A stretch of 64,000 bases of DNA, taken from assembly GCA_039931265.1 (NCBI GenBank), contig JBDTSG010000013.1:14711-78710 (forward strand), given 5' to 3'. Positions within the stretch are counted from its first letter, which is position 1; each line of letters opens with the position of its first letter. Below are positions 30,026 through 40,313 of this stretch, piece after piece. The stretch is from Flavobacteriales bacterium (GTDB lineage: Bacteria > Bacteroidota > Bacteroidia > Flavobacteriales_F > PHOS-HE28). The notes beneath the pieces were generated by a model, which ran no database searches, had not been told where the DNA came from, and saw only the letters and a list, made by a program, of their open reading frames with translations. Both the position numbers and the translations under genes were made by a program.

Positions 30026-31966
30026 TTACCCTACGCTCACCCTTCCGCTGTCCGCGGCCAGCGAACTGCGGAACTTCTCCAAGGCGATCTTCTCTTTCAT
30101 CAGGATCTCGGAATCCACCTCGTCGGCCGTGCGGATCGCTTCCGACTTGTCCAACAAGAGCAGATCGACATACCGCTCCTTGTAACGACGCAACGTGAGC
30201 AGTACGGTCTTGTTCAGTTCGTCGCGTTCGTGCACCACATGGATCTTGCGCCGTTTCCAGTCGTCCAGTTGGTGGCGCTCGGTAACGAGTTCGAGCACGA
30301 ATCTTTTCAGTTCGGCGCTGGGATTCTCGATGAAGTGGCGTAGGCGGTTCTCCGGTTCCGCTTCCACTTGCCCACGGTATTCGCCGAACGCGGTGTTCAC
30401 CAACTGGTCGTGCAATTTCAGGTCATCTTCCTCCAGTTCCTGGAAGATCCAATCGGCGATCGTCACGGTCTGTGCTTCGGCATCGGGGCTGAATTCCGAG
30501 AACAATTGACGGAAAGGAACGTGGCCGTAATGCAAAAGCAAGCGCAGCAGTTCACGTTCCTGCGGTTGCGTGCCGAGGTCCTCCAGTTGCTGTTGCGGAG
30601 GTGCGACATCCTGCGACAGGACTTCCTGCGGCACCTCGTCCCCACCGACCTTCCTGCGGTACTGCTGCCGCAGCACCTTGTTCATCTCACTGATGAGCGC
30701 CTGCTCCTGCACGCCGAGCAGCTTGCTGCATTGCTGCAGGTAGAGCGAGCGCAGCACGTGATCCGGCACCAAGGCAATGCTGGCCACGATCTCGTGGATC
30801 GCAGCGGCCTTCTTCACGGGATCACCTTCCGCCTCACGCACCAGCAGGTCGGCCTTGAACACGATGAAGTCCTTCGCCTCTTTCGCGATGAAGGCCAGCA
30901 CTTCGCCGCTGGGGCGTTTGCGCGCAAAGCTGTCCGGATCCTCCCCATCGGGGAAGAGCACCACCTTCACACTGAGCCCTTCTGCAAGGATGATGTCGAT
31001 GCCACGCAAGGACGCTTTGATCCCGGCCGGATCACCATCGTACAGGATCGTGACGCTGGTGCTGTAGCGTTTAATGAGCCGCACCTGATCCACCGTGAGG
31101 CTGGTGCCGCTGCTCGCCACCACGTTGGCGATCCCCGCTTGGTGCAAGCTGATCACATCGGTATAGCCCTCCACCAACAGGCAGGTGCCTTGCTCGACGA
31201 TGGCTTTTTTCGCGAAGGAGATCCCATAGAGCGAACGGCTCTTCACGTACAGCGCGCTCTCCGGACTGTTGAAATACTTGGGGAGTTTCTTGTCGCTCTT
31301 CAGCGTGCGTGCGCCGAAGGCGATGATCTGGCCGCTCAGCGCATGCACCGGGAAAGTGACGCGGCCGGCGAAGAAGTCCCACGCGTTACCGTCCTCGCGG
31401 CGCTTTATCCAGCCTGCTTTCTCCAACAGCTCCGGGTTGAATCCGTTGGCCATGGCCGCAATGCTGAACGCATTGCCGAACTCGGGCACATAGCCGAGTT
31501 GGAACTGCTTGATGATGTCGTCTCGGAAACCGCGCTCATGGAAGTAGGAGAGGCCGATCCGTTTTCCCTCGTCCGTTTCCCAGAGATGCTCGCTGCTCCA
31601 CTTCTGCGCCCAAGCCTGAATGACGGCGATGCTCTCCCGTTCCGACTGTTCAAGGGCTTGCTCCGGTGTGGCTTCCTCCTCGGGCAGGTCGATGTTGTAG
31701 TGCTTGGCCAGCCAACGGATCGCTTCCACATAGCTGTGGTGCTCGTGCTTCATCAGGAAGCCGATCGTGTCGCCGCTCTCGCCACAGCCGAAGCACTTGT
31801 ATATGCCCATGGCCGGCACAACGTTGAAGCTCGGTGTCTTCTCGTTGTGGAACGGGCACAATCCCAGGAAACGCGGGCCTTTGCGTTTCAGGTTCACGAA
31901 CTGCCCCACCACCTCGTCCACGCGGGCAGCGTCTTTCACCTGTTGTATGGCGTCCGGGCGGATCAT
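30026..31966 (-). CDS. dnaG: DNA primase
   Basis: CHC2 zinc finger CPFHNEKTPSFNV...CFGCGESGD. Toprim region EGYTDVISL...DGDPAG. 646 aa. Confidence 0.9.
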   Translation of the reverse strand: MIRPDAIQQVKDAARVDEVVGQFVNLKRKGPRFLGLCPFHNEKTPSFNVVPAMGIYKCFGCGESGDTIGFLMKHEHHSYVEAIRWLAKHYNIDLPEEEATPEQALEQSERESIAVIQAWAQKWSSEHLWETDEGKRIGLSYFHERGFRDDIIKQFQLGYVPEFGNAFSIAAMANGFNPELLEKAGWIKRREDGNAWDFFAGRVTFPVHALSGQIIAFGARTLKSDKKLPKYFNSPESALYVKSRSLYGISFAKKAIVEQGTCLLVEGYTDVISLHQAGIANVVASSGTSLTVDQVRLIKRYSTSVTILYDGDPAGIKASLRGIDIILAEGLSVKVVLFPDGEDPDSFARKRPSGEVLAFIAKEAKDFIVFKADLLVREAEGDPVKKAAAIHEIVASIALVPDHVLRSLYLQQCSKLLGVQEQALISEMNKVLRQQYRRKVGGDEVPQEVLSQDVAPPQQQLEDLGTQPQERELLRLLLHYGHVPFRQLFSEFSPDAEAQTVTIADWIFQELEEDDLKLHDQLVNTAFGEYRGQVEAEPENRLRHFIENPSAELKRFVLELVTERHQLDDWKRRKIHVVHERDELNKTVLLTLRRYKERYVDLLLLDKSEAIRTADEVDSEILMKEKIALEKFRSSLAADSGRVSVG

Positions 31967-32055
31967 GAAAAGGGGCGTGAAGTTGCGGTTATCGCACTTG
32001 GGCGCCGATCAAGGATGAGCTTCCGTGTTTGGCAAGTCGAGGCAACCTCAAGAGA

Positions 32056-32457
32056 TCAATGCTGCACCGTTTTCTCCAGCGCCCCGTCCGGCCCGTAGAA
32101 CTTCCATTCGCCGGTTTCCAAGCCGTTCTTGTAGCTGCCCTGGTAGTACAACTGCCCGTTCTCGCGGAACACGACACAATCGCCATCCAGCTTGCCGTCG
32201 GTGTAGGCTGTCCTGCTCTTCACGCGACCGTCCTGGGTGTAGCTGGTCCACACACCATGGCGCTGGCCCTTGCGCTTGTAGCCTTCCATGCTCAGGCGTC
32301 CATCCGCCGTGCGCAGTTGTTCCAAGCCGTCCTCCACAGCAGGACTATCCACGGGCGCTGGGGTCGCGATGCTGTCAGTGGTCGGTTTGATGGGGTCCGA
32401 TGGCTTGGGCGCATTGCACGCCAGCAGGAACAGCACGGGCAGCAGGTAGTACTTCAT
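32056..32457 (-). CDS. YwqK-like (MORN-repeat variant) lipoprotein
   Basis: Lipoprotein signal MKYYLLPVLFLLAC. Repeats GxWxxYxxxGxxxxxxxYxxGKxDG (HGVWTSYTQDGRVKSRTAYTDGKLDG, GSYKNGLETGEWKFYGPDG). Confidence 0.55.
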   Translation of the reverse strand: MKYYLLPVLFLLACNAPKPSDPIKPTTDSIATPAPVDSPAVEDGLEQLRTADGRLSMEGYKRKGQRHGVWTSYTQDGRVKSRTAYTDGKLDGDCVVFRENGQLYYQGSYKNGLETGEWKFYGPDGALEKTVQH

Positions 32458-32493
32458 GAGGGGTGAAAAATAACAGGTCGACCAGCGTTCGAT

Positions 32494-33492
32494 CTACCGC
32501 TTGCGTTCAACGGTCAGTTGCACCAAGCCTTCCAAGGCGTTACGTGCTTCGTTCTCCGGAAAGGCGCGCAGCACCGCCAGTGCTTGATCGCGATAGCCCA
32601 GCATGGATGCGTGTGCGTGGGCGATACCGCCCGCCTCCGTCACTTTGGCGATGAGGCGTTGCACCGAGCGGTCGTTGCCACTTTCGTTCTTCACCGTGTT
32701 CACCATCCAGCGGCGATCGGCGGCGCTCACTTCACGCAAGGCGTGGATCAACGGCAGTGTCAGTTTCTTCTCCTTGATGTCCAATCCCGTGGGCTTGCCG
32801 ATCATCTGCGCATCAGCGTCCGGACTTCCGTAATCGAAAAGGTCGTCCTTGATCTGGAAGGCAATGCCGGTGTATTCCCCGAACAGGCGCATGCGCTCGA
32901 TCGCATCCGCGTCGGCTCCACCTGCGCTGGCCCCACTGGCACAGCAGGCCGCAATAAGACTGGCGGTCTTCTGCCGGATGATGTCGAAGTAGACCTCCTC
33001 GCTGAAGTTGAGGCCACGGGCCTTTTCCAGTTGCAGCAGTTCGCCTTCGCTCATTTCGCGGACGGCGCGGCTCACGATCCGCAGCAATTCGTGTTCGCCT
33101 TTGTCCACGGCCAGCAGCAGGCCACGGCTCAGCAGGTAATCGCCGACGAGCACGGCCACCTTGTTCTTCCACAACGCACTTATGCTGAAGAAGCCCCGTC
33201 GCAAGGGGCTGCCGTCCACCACATCGTCGTGGACCAGCGTTGCGGTGTGCAACAGTTCGATCAAGCTCGCCGCCGTGTATGCGCTATCGCCGATAGGGGC
33301 GAACAGCTTTGCACTTAGTAGGGTGAACATGGGCCGCATCTGCTTGCCCTTGCGCTTCACGATGTAGTGCATGATGCGGTCGAGCAAGGCCACCCGGCTG
33401 CGCATGGCTTCCCGGAAACGCTCTTCGAACACTGCCAGTTCCGCCGCGATCGGGCGCTGCACGTCAGCGAAGGTGGGGGAGGGAATTGCCAC
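32494..33492 (-). CDS. polyprenyl diphosphate synthase (IspB/heptaprenyl-octaprenyl synthase family)
   Basis: First DDxxD motif LVHDDVVDGSPLRRG and second motif GIAFQIKDDLFDYG. 332 aa. Confidence 0.85.
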   Translation of the reverse strand: MAIPSPTFADVQRPIAAELAVFEERFREAMRSRVALLDRIMHYIVKRKGKQMRPMFTLLSAKLFAPIGDSAYTAASLIELLHTATLVHDDVVDGSPLRRGFFSISALWKNKVAVLVGDYLLSRGLLLAVDKGEHELLRIVSRAVREMSEGELLQLEKARGLNFSEEVYFDIIRQKTASLIAACCASGASAGGADADAIERMRLFGEYTGIAFQIKDDLFDYGSPDADAQMIGKPTGLDIKEKKLTLPLIHALREVSAADRRWMVNTVKNESGNDRSVQRLIAKVTEAGGIAHAHASMLGYRDQALAVLRAFPENEARNALEGLVQLTVERKR

Positions 33493-33634
33493 GGAAGGTG
33501 CTGGCGTTGACCGCAGCGGGCAAAGATGGCGAAGCGGCCTTCGCGTTGCCCGGAACGCAACCCGCTACAATGTGACCCCGTCTTGGTGCTGTGCCGGGAA
33601 CGCACGTTACATTGGCCGCAACGACGAAGGAGCG

Positions 33635-34369
33635 ATGATGAAGGGTCTACGACGGGTGTCGGTTGTGCTGTTGCTCTTGTGTTCCTTGTGGAGCCATGCC
33701 CAAGAGCCGCAACCACGGGCCAAGGTGCTGCTCTACAAGGAGCGGATGGCGGCCATGTTCGACACCGTGGACGTCGTGAAGAATGTGCTGAAGCTCAATC
33801 CCCTGCTCTTCCTGCGGGGCGAGATCCCGTTGTACTACGAACGCGCCCTTAGTCCACGACTGAGTGCCCAAGTCGGAATCGGGATGACGTGGCGCAACTA
33901 CATCAACTTCAACCTCGAAACCGATGAGGTGGATGATTTCGGTGAGGGCACTGACATCATTGCGAAGCCGAGTTATCACATCGGTGCGCGGTACTATTTC
34001 GGTGATGATCTGGAACCGCAGGGGACGTACATCGAGATTGAATTCGCTCACTTGGACTACTGGAAGAACATCGCTAAGAAGGACACGGCACAAGCCAATC
34101 TCGGCCAGCTGACCGATGAGTATGTGAAAGACCGGCGTGCCTATAATGACCTTCGCTTGTTGTTCGGCTTTCAAACCCTGAGCGCCACCAGCAATTGGCT
34201 TGTGGACATGTACGGTGGGTTCGGGATCCGGGATCGCAGAATGATCATCGCCGAGGAAACCATTGACGCATCGGTTCCCGATAAGCCACGGTTTTCATAC
34301 ACCACAAAAGCGGTCGACGATATTGTACCGGTGGTTTTCCTCGGTATCAGAGTAGGCCTCGGCTTCTGA
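33635..34369 (+). CDS. hypothetical outer-membrane beta-barrel-like protein
   Basis: ATG at 33635 (MMKGLRRVSVVLLLLCSLWSHAQ signal). Alternating amphipathic strands. C-terminal ...FLGIRVGLGF with a terminal Phe. AAGGAG lies upstream. Confidence 0.45.
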   Translation: MMKGLRRVSVVLLLLCSLWSHAQEPQPRAKVLLYKERMAAMFDTVDVVKNVLKLNPLLFLRGEIPLYYERALSPRLSAQVGIGMTWRNYINFNLETDEVDDFGEGTDIIAKPSYHIGARYYFGDDLEPQGTYIEIEFAHLDYWKNIAKKDTAQANLGQLTDEYVKDRRAYNDLRLLFGFQTLSATSNWLVDMYGGFGIRDRRMIIAEETIDASVPDKPRFSYTTKAVDDIVPVVFLGIRVGLGF

Positions 34370-34373
34370 GCCC

Positions 34374-35462
34374 TTATTTCATCACCCGTTCCCCTTCCTT
34401 CAACGCAGGCTCGTTCTTGTTCGCCAGCTGGCCGCAAGCAGCGTCGATGTCGCGGCCGCGGCTACGGCGTATGCGGGCCACGATCCCTTTGTTCTCCAAA
34501 TAGTACATGAAGGCAACGGCATCATCATTGGCCGTGCGCTCGAAGGATCCCGGTCCTGAACCGACCGCCTCGATCGGGTTGTATTCTATGAGGTTCACCT
34601 TCGCATGCACGTCGCTGATGTACCGCACGAGATCCTGCGCATCGGCCAGGGAATCATTGAAGCCACGCAAAAGGATGTACTCGAACGTGACGTCCTTGCG
34701 CGTGATGCGGGTATAGTACCGCAGTGCATCCTTCAGTTCGGCAAGCGAGTTCTGCTCGTTGATCGGCATGATGCGATCGCGCTTGTCGTCGGTTGCAGCA
34801 TGCAACGAAAGGGCGAGGTTGAACCGCGCACCATCGTCGGCCAGCTTGCGGATCATCTTGGCGATGCCCGCGGTGCTCACGGTAATGCGCCGGGCGCCCA
34901 TGCCAAGGCCGTCATCGGCACTGATGCGTTCCACGCTGCGCATGGTGTTGGCATAGTTGAGCAACGGCTCGCCCATGCCCATGTATACGATGTTGCTCAG
35001 CTCTTTTTGGTAGTGCTCTTGCGCCAGCTTGTTGATCAGCACCACTTGGTCGTATATCTCCTGGGCGTCGAGGTTGCGGATGCGTTTCAACTTGCCCGTT
35101 GCGCAGAAGCTGCACGTGAGGCTGCAACCGATCTGGCTGCTGATGCAGGCGGTGAGGCGTGTGGGGGTGGGGATCAGCACGCCCTCCACAATGTGCCCGT
35201 CCCATGTTTTGAACGCGCACTTGATCGTGCCGTCGGTGCTCTTCTGTTGTTCTACCAGGATGATGGGCCGCAGCAGGGTCCGCTCCGCCAATTGCTCGCG
35301 GAACGACTTGGGCAGATCGCTCATCGCTTCCCAACTGTGCGCCTTCTTCTTCCACAGCCACTCCCACAACTGCTTGGCGCGGTAGGGTTTTTCACCAAGC
35401 TCCAAAACGAGTTGCTGGATGTCCTCCAAGGACAGGTTGCGGATGTCGGTTGTTACAGGCAT
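34374..35462 (-). CDS. rlmN: 23S rRNA/tRNA (adenine-C2)-methyltransferase RlmN (radical SAM)
   Basis: CSLTCSFCATG radical-SAM cysteine triad. The N-terminal YRAKQLWEWLWKK RlmN motif. 362 aa. Confidence 0.9.
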   Translation of the reverse strand: MPVTTDIRNLSLEDIQQLVLELGEKPYRAKQLWEWLWKKKAHSWEAMSDLPKSFREQLAERTLLRPIILVEQQKSTDGTIKCAFKTWDGHIVEGVLIPTPTRLTACISSQIGCSLTCSFCATGKLKRIRNLDAQEIYDQVVLINKLAQEHYQKELSNIVYMGMGEPLLNYANTMRSVERISADDGLGMGARRITVSTAGIAKMIRKLADDGARFNLALSLHAATDDKRDRIMPINEQNSLAELKDALRYYTRITRKDVTFEYILLRGFNDSLADAQDLVRYISDVHAKVNLIEYNPIEAVGSGPGSFERTANDDAVAFMYYLENKGIVARIRRSRGRDIDAACGQLANKNEPALKEGERVMK

Positions 35463-35475
35463 GGTCGGGTCGTGA

Positions 35476-36153
35476 CTACACTTTCACTGGGCCGGGGAGG
35501 AACATCTCCACCAGCCGAAGATCGGTTGTGGTGGTCACCTTCATGTTGTTGTCTTCCCCATCCACCAGTTGCACTATGGTCCCAGTGCGCTCCACCAATG
35601 TTGCCTCATCGGTGAAGCCGGGTTCGAAAGGCAGTTCGAAGGCCTTGCGTAAAAGCCCGGCGTGGAAACACTGGGGTGTCTGTACCGCACGCAACCGCGA
35701 CCTGTCCAAGGGTTTGCTGTTGTTGCCGTCCACTTCGCGCACCGAAACAGTGATGGGAACCACCGGAACGGCACTGCCGTGTTCAGCGGCGTGCGCAAAG
35801 CAGCGCTCGATCAGTGCGCGGCTCACCGCAGGGCGCACGCCGTCGTGCACCGCGATCACAACGTCGCCGCTGATGGCCTTCACGCCCTCCCTTACGCTGT
35901 GGAACCGCTCTTCCCCGCCGGCCACCACGGTATGTTCATCGTGGAAGTTGTGGCCGATGCAGAGCGTCTTCCAAATGCTGATGTGCGGTTCGGGAAGCAC
36001 CACCACGATGGGCATACGCGCATCGAAGGAGCGGAAGGCTGCGATCGTCCAGCACAGCATCGGTTTTCCGGCCACTAGTTGGAACTGCTTGGGGATCGCC
36101 CCGCCCAATCGGCGACCCATGCCCCCGGCCACGATGATGGTTGCGCGCTGCAT
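35476..36153 (-). CDS. ispD: 2-C-methyl-D-erythritol 4-phosphate cytidylyltransferase
   Basis: IIVAGGMGRRLGGAIPKQFQLVAGKPML signature. ATG at 36153; the track start at 36177 is a TTG. Confidence 0.85.
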   Translation of the reverse strand: MQRATIIVAGGMGRRLGGAIPKQFQLVAGKPMLCWTIAAFRSFDARMPIVVVLPEPHISIWKTLCIGHNFHDEHTVVAGGEERFHSVREGVKAISGDVVIAVHDGVRPAVSRALIERCFAHAAEHGSAVPVVPITVSVREVDGNNSKPLDRSRLRAVQTPQCFHAGLLRKAFELPFEPGFTDEATLVERTGTIVQLVDGEDNNMKVTTTTDLRLVEMFLPGPVKV

Positions 36154-36255
36154 GCGGCCGCAAGATGGGCATGCCAAGGTGACCTTGGGATGGCCCGCGA
36201 ATGAAGAAGGCGCGAAGTCATGCTCCGCGCCTTCCGCCGAAAGGGCTTTATCCTA

Positions 36256-37305
<1,050 letters not shown>

Positions 37306-37398
37306 GCGGAAAGGGCTTACAGGCCCGGGTTTTTTTGAAAGGGGGGCGAAGATAGGTCGTGAACGATAGGCGCCCGAAAGCCTTGTCAGGCTTGCGTT

Positions 37399-38202
37399 TC
37401 AGGCCGAATTCGCCGTTCCGCGGGGCAACTTGTCAAGCTCTTGGCTCCAGCCCTCCGGAGGGAGCGCGTCATGTACGGAATAGGCCCCGCTACCGGTGCG
37501 CCGCAAAGCGGCCAGATGCGCGCCGCAACCCAATGCGTGCCCGATATCATGAGCAAGTGAACGGATGTAGGTGCCCTTGGCGCAGTGCACAGCGATATCG
37601 ATCTCCGGGCCGCGGATAGCAAGTGTTTCAATGGAATGTACCAGCACCGGCACAGGGTCCAGCAGTAATTCTTCCCCGGCACCTATTCCCGGATCACGCA
37701 TCAAGGCCGGTCCATCGGCTTCCCGATGGCGACCATGCACCAGATTGCCAGCGGCGCGCGCCAAGAAGTAGGCCCGCTCGCCACCCACATGTTTGGCACT
37801 GAACGCGGGTGGGCGCTGCATCAACTCGCCTTGGAAGGTCGCGACGGTGCTGCGGATCACTGCTTCACTCAAATGGTCCCACGCCGCTTCGGTGCGGATG
37901 GGGGTTTCGGCATCATAGCTCAAGGTGGTGGCCCCGAGCTTCAAGGTGGCGGTGTACGACTTGTCCTCCCCTGACAAGCGCTCCAGTTGCTTGGTCCATT
38001 TGCCGTAACCGATGAGGAGAAGCCCGCTGGCCAAGGGGTCCAACGTTCCGCCGTGGCCCACTTTCACCCGCTTTCCCAGAACGCTTTGGAAGGCACCGCG
38101 CAGCTTCTTCACCACATCGAAGCTGCTCCAGCCCACGGGCTTGTCCACCAGCAGGAGGCCGCCATTGTCGGTGTCGGTGAGGGCAGGGTGGATGGTTGGC
38201 AT
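37399..38202 (-). CDS. truB: tRNA pseudouridine(55) synthase
   Basis: LLLVDKPVGWSSFDVVKKLR...GHGGTLDPLASGLL catalytic motif. ATG at 38202 (MPTIHP); the upstream extension to 38286 runs into a palindromic repeat element. Confidence 0.85.
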   Translation of the reverse strand: MPTIHPALTDTDNGGLLLVDKPVGWSSFDVVKKLRGAFQSVLGKRVKVGHGGTLDPLASGLLLIGYGKWTKQLERLSGEDKSYTATLKLGATTLSYDAETPIRTEAAWDHLSEAVIRSTVATFQGELMQRPPAFSAKHVGGERAYFLARAAGNLVHGRHREADGPALMRDPGIGAGEELLLDPVPVLVHSIETLAIRGPEIDIAVHCAKGTYIRSLAHDIGHALGCGAHLAALRRTGSGAYSVHDALPPEGWSQELDKLPRGTANSA

Positions 38203-38217
38203 GGCGGGCTTCAAAAG

Positions 38218-38252
38218 CCCCTCTCCACTGGAGAGGGGTTGTGGGTGAGGCG
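38218..38252. repeat. REP-like palindromic element, copy A (CCCCTCTCCACTGGAGAGGGG + GTTGTGGGTGAGGCG)
   Basis: A 10-bp-stem palindrome plus a GTGAGGCG tail, in the uppP-truB intergenic gap. On the minus strand it is followed by CTTTTG, so it could act as the uppP terminator. Other copies are at 56605..56638 (opposite orientation) and a degenerate one at 44338..44376. Confidence 0.6.
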
Positions 38253-39044
38253 TCAAACCAACTGCATCTGCACCCCCAGCGCCCAAAGCAACAGGATCGC
38301 ACCACCCACTACGATCCGGTACCAGCCGAACACCCCGAAGCCGTGCTTGGTAAGGAAGCCAACGAAACCGCGGATGGCGAGCACCGCCACTAGGAAGGCC
38401 ACCACGTTACCGATGGCGAACAGCTTCCAATGCTCGCTGGTGAAAGCGCCCCCATCGTCGATGTAGTCCCACAGGCTCTTGGCGGTAGCAGCGAACATGG
38501 TGGGCACTGCAAGGAAGAAGGAGAACTCGGCGGCTTGCTTGCGCGATAGCTTCTGGGTGAGGCCACCGATGATCGTGGCCGCGCTGCGGCTGACCCCCGG
38601 CACCATGGCAACACATTGGAAGCAGCCGATCAGCAAGGCGTTCCTCCAAGTGATGGGCTTCTCTTCGACCGCCTTCACGGGGAAGAGCCGATCAACGAAC
38701 AGGAAGAAGACGCCACCGAGCAGAAGCATCGATCCAACCACTTCCACATGCTCGAGCAGTTCGTCGATATGGCTTTTGAAAAGGAGCCCCGCAATGGCTG
38801 CCGGGATGAAGCCGACGATGAGCAGCGGATAGAGCGCCAAGCTGGCGAAGAACCGGCGCCAGTAAAGCACCACCACGCTGAGGATCGCCCCGAATTGGAT
38901 GGCAACGGTGAAAAGCTTCACGAAATCATCGGCGGCAATGCCCATGATCGTGCTGCCGATGATCATGTGCCCTGTACTGCTAACAGGGAGGAACTCCGTG
39001 AGACCTTCAATGATGGCCAGTACAATGGCCTCCCAAGTGGTCAT
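38253..39044 (-). CDS. uppP: undecaprenyl-diphosphatase (BacA/UppP)
   Basis: [22 protein letters not shown]-terminal signature. Eight TM helices. 263 aa. Confidence 0.9.
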   Translation of the reverse strand: MTTWEAIVLAIIEGLTEFLPVSSTGHMIIGSTIMGIAADDFVKLFTVAIQFGAILSVVVLYWRRFFASLALYPLLIVGFIPAAIAGLLFKSHIDELLEHVEVVGSMLLLGGVFFLFVDRLFPVKAVEEKPITWRNALLIGCFQCVAMVPGVSRSAATIIGGLTQKLSRKQAAEFSFFLAVPTMFAATAKSLWDYIDDGGAFTSEHWKLFAIGNVVAFLVAVLAIRGFVGFLTKHGFGVFGWYRIVVGGAILLLWALGVQMQLV

Positions 39045-39048
39045 CCGA

Positions 39049-39300
39049 TCAGGCCTCGGTGCGGTCGGCCTTCGGCTTCTTCATGATGGCGTAAACCACG
39101 AAGAGGTAGCCGATCATGCAAACGATAGGGGCAACTGTAACCCGGCGTGGGTGGAAGATCTCGGCTTCATTGAACACGTTGGGGTCGCCGGTGCCACCGC
39201 CGGACATGAGCACATACCCGAGGATCACGATGCCGATGCCGATAAGGAGCAGTCGATAGTTGACGCGGGTGAAAGCGAGTTCGTCCTGATGATCTGCCAT
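39049..39300 (-). CDS. DUF3098-family small membrane protein
   Basis: ATG at 39300 ([35 protein letters not shown]...). Two TM helices. Conserved position between ftsX and uppP. Confidence 0.55.
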   Translation of the reverse strand: MADHQDELAFTRVNYRLLLIGIGIVILGYVLMSGGGTGDPNVFNEAEIFHPRRVTVAPIVCMIGYLFVVYAIMKKPKADRTEA

Positions 39301-39305
39301 GGTGT

Positions 39306-40184
39306 TCAGCTCCAATGGAGCTCGTCGAGATTCATGCGAATGTAGCGGCGCACGGCGAACCACGTGCTGACGAGCGCGATGAGCAAGCCCAAGGCGAGCA
39401 CCGCGCCGAACATTATCCCCAGCATCCGCAGGTCCAGAATAGCCTTCAGGTCGGGGACTTCACCGAACAGGTAGCGCAATGCCAGCACCAGCAATGCGAT
39501 GGCCAGAAGCCCGGCCACCAAGCCCTGCAGGAGGCTTTGCCCCAAGAACGGACGCTTGATGAACCAACTGGTGGCGCCAACCAAGTGCATGGTGCGGATG
39601 AGCATGCGCTGGCTGTAGATCGCCAAGCGGATGGTGTTGTTGATGAGCGCAATGGCCACGATCAGGAGCAGCAAGCACGTTCCCCCCAGGATCAACCAAG
39701 CCTTTTGCACCAGTTGATCCATGTTGTCCACCGTCATGCTGTTGTAGGCAACGTCCTGCAAACGGTCATCTTTCTTCAAGTGGTCCACGATCCAGTGCAT
39801 GCTGTCGGGCTGGGCATAGGCCGCCGCTATGCGCAGTTGGATATTGGCAGGGATGGGGCTTTCGCCGCCCAGCACTTCAAGGAAATCCTCACCGAGATCC
39901 TGTTTCGCCAGTTCCGCGGCTTCTTCAGCGCTGATCAGTTCCGTGGAGGCGGTATACGGTTCCGTGTCCAGTTCCTTCCGCAATTGCAGGATCTGCGCCT
40001 CCTTCAATACATGCTTCGGGAAGAGCTGCACCGTCACCTGCTCCTTCAGGTATTGCTCCACGCCGCGTGCGCTCAGCATGAACAGCCCCAAAGCACCCAG
40101 CAAGAACAACGTGAGCGTGATGCCCAGCGTGGTGCCGATGCTGCTGCTCCGTGCTTTCGCCCGCAATGACCTGTCGATGCCCAT
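39306..40184 (-). CDS. ftsX: cell division protein FtsX-like permease
   Basis: 292 aa. N-terminal TM. The periplasmic domain is followed by three C-terminal TM helices (LIALVSTWFAVRRYI). Confidence 0.8.
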   Translation of the reverse strand: MGIDRSLRAKARSSSIGTTLGITLTLFLLGALGLFMLSARGVEQYLKEQVTVQLFPKHVLKEAQILQLRKELDTEPYTASTELISAEEAAELAKQDLGEDFLEVLGGESPIPANIQLRIAAAYAQPDSMHWIVDHLKKDDRLQDVAYNSMTVDNMDQLVQKAWLILGGTCLLLLIVAIALINNTIRLAIYSQRMLIRTMHLVGATSWFIKRPFLGQSLLQGLVAGLLAIALLVLALRYLFGEVPDLKAILDLRMLGIMFGAVLALGLLIALVSTWFAVRRYIRMNLDELHWS

Positions 40185-40313
40185 CGTTGGGGCGAAGCTA
40201 TCCTCGTGCGGCCGCGCATGTCCTCCTCTTGCGCATGGGTTGTCAGTTGGCCGTTGTCAGTTCCCCTTACCAGCCCGCGCCCACCAGTACTTTCGCCCAC
40301 TTCAGGAAAGGAC

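Noticed and set aside
37313-37336. Hairpin GGGC-TTACAG-GCCC followed by a T7 run on the plus strand between queA and truB
   Set aside because: Both flanking genes are on the minus strand, where this reads as an A-run before the hairpin. So it is not an intrinsic terminator for truB; more likely it is an A-rich queA upstream region.
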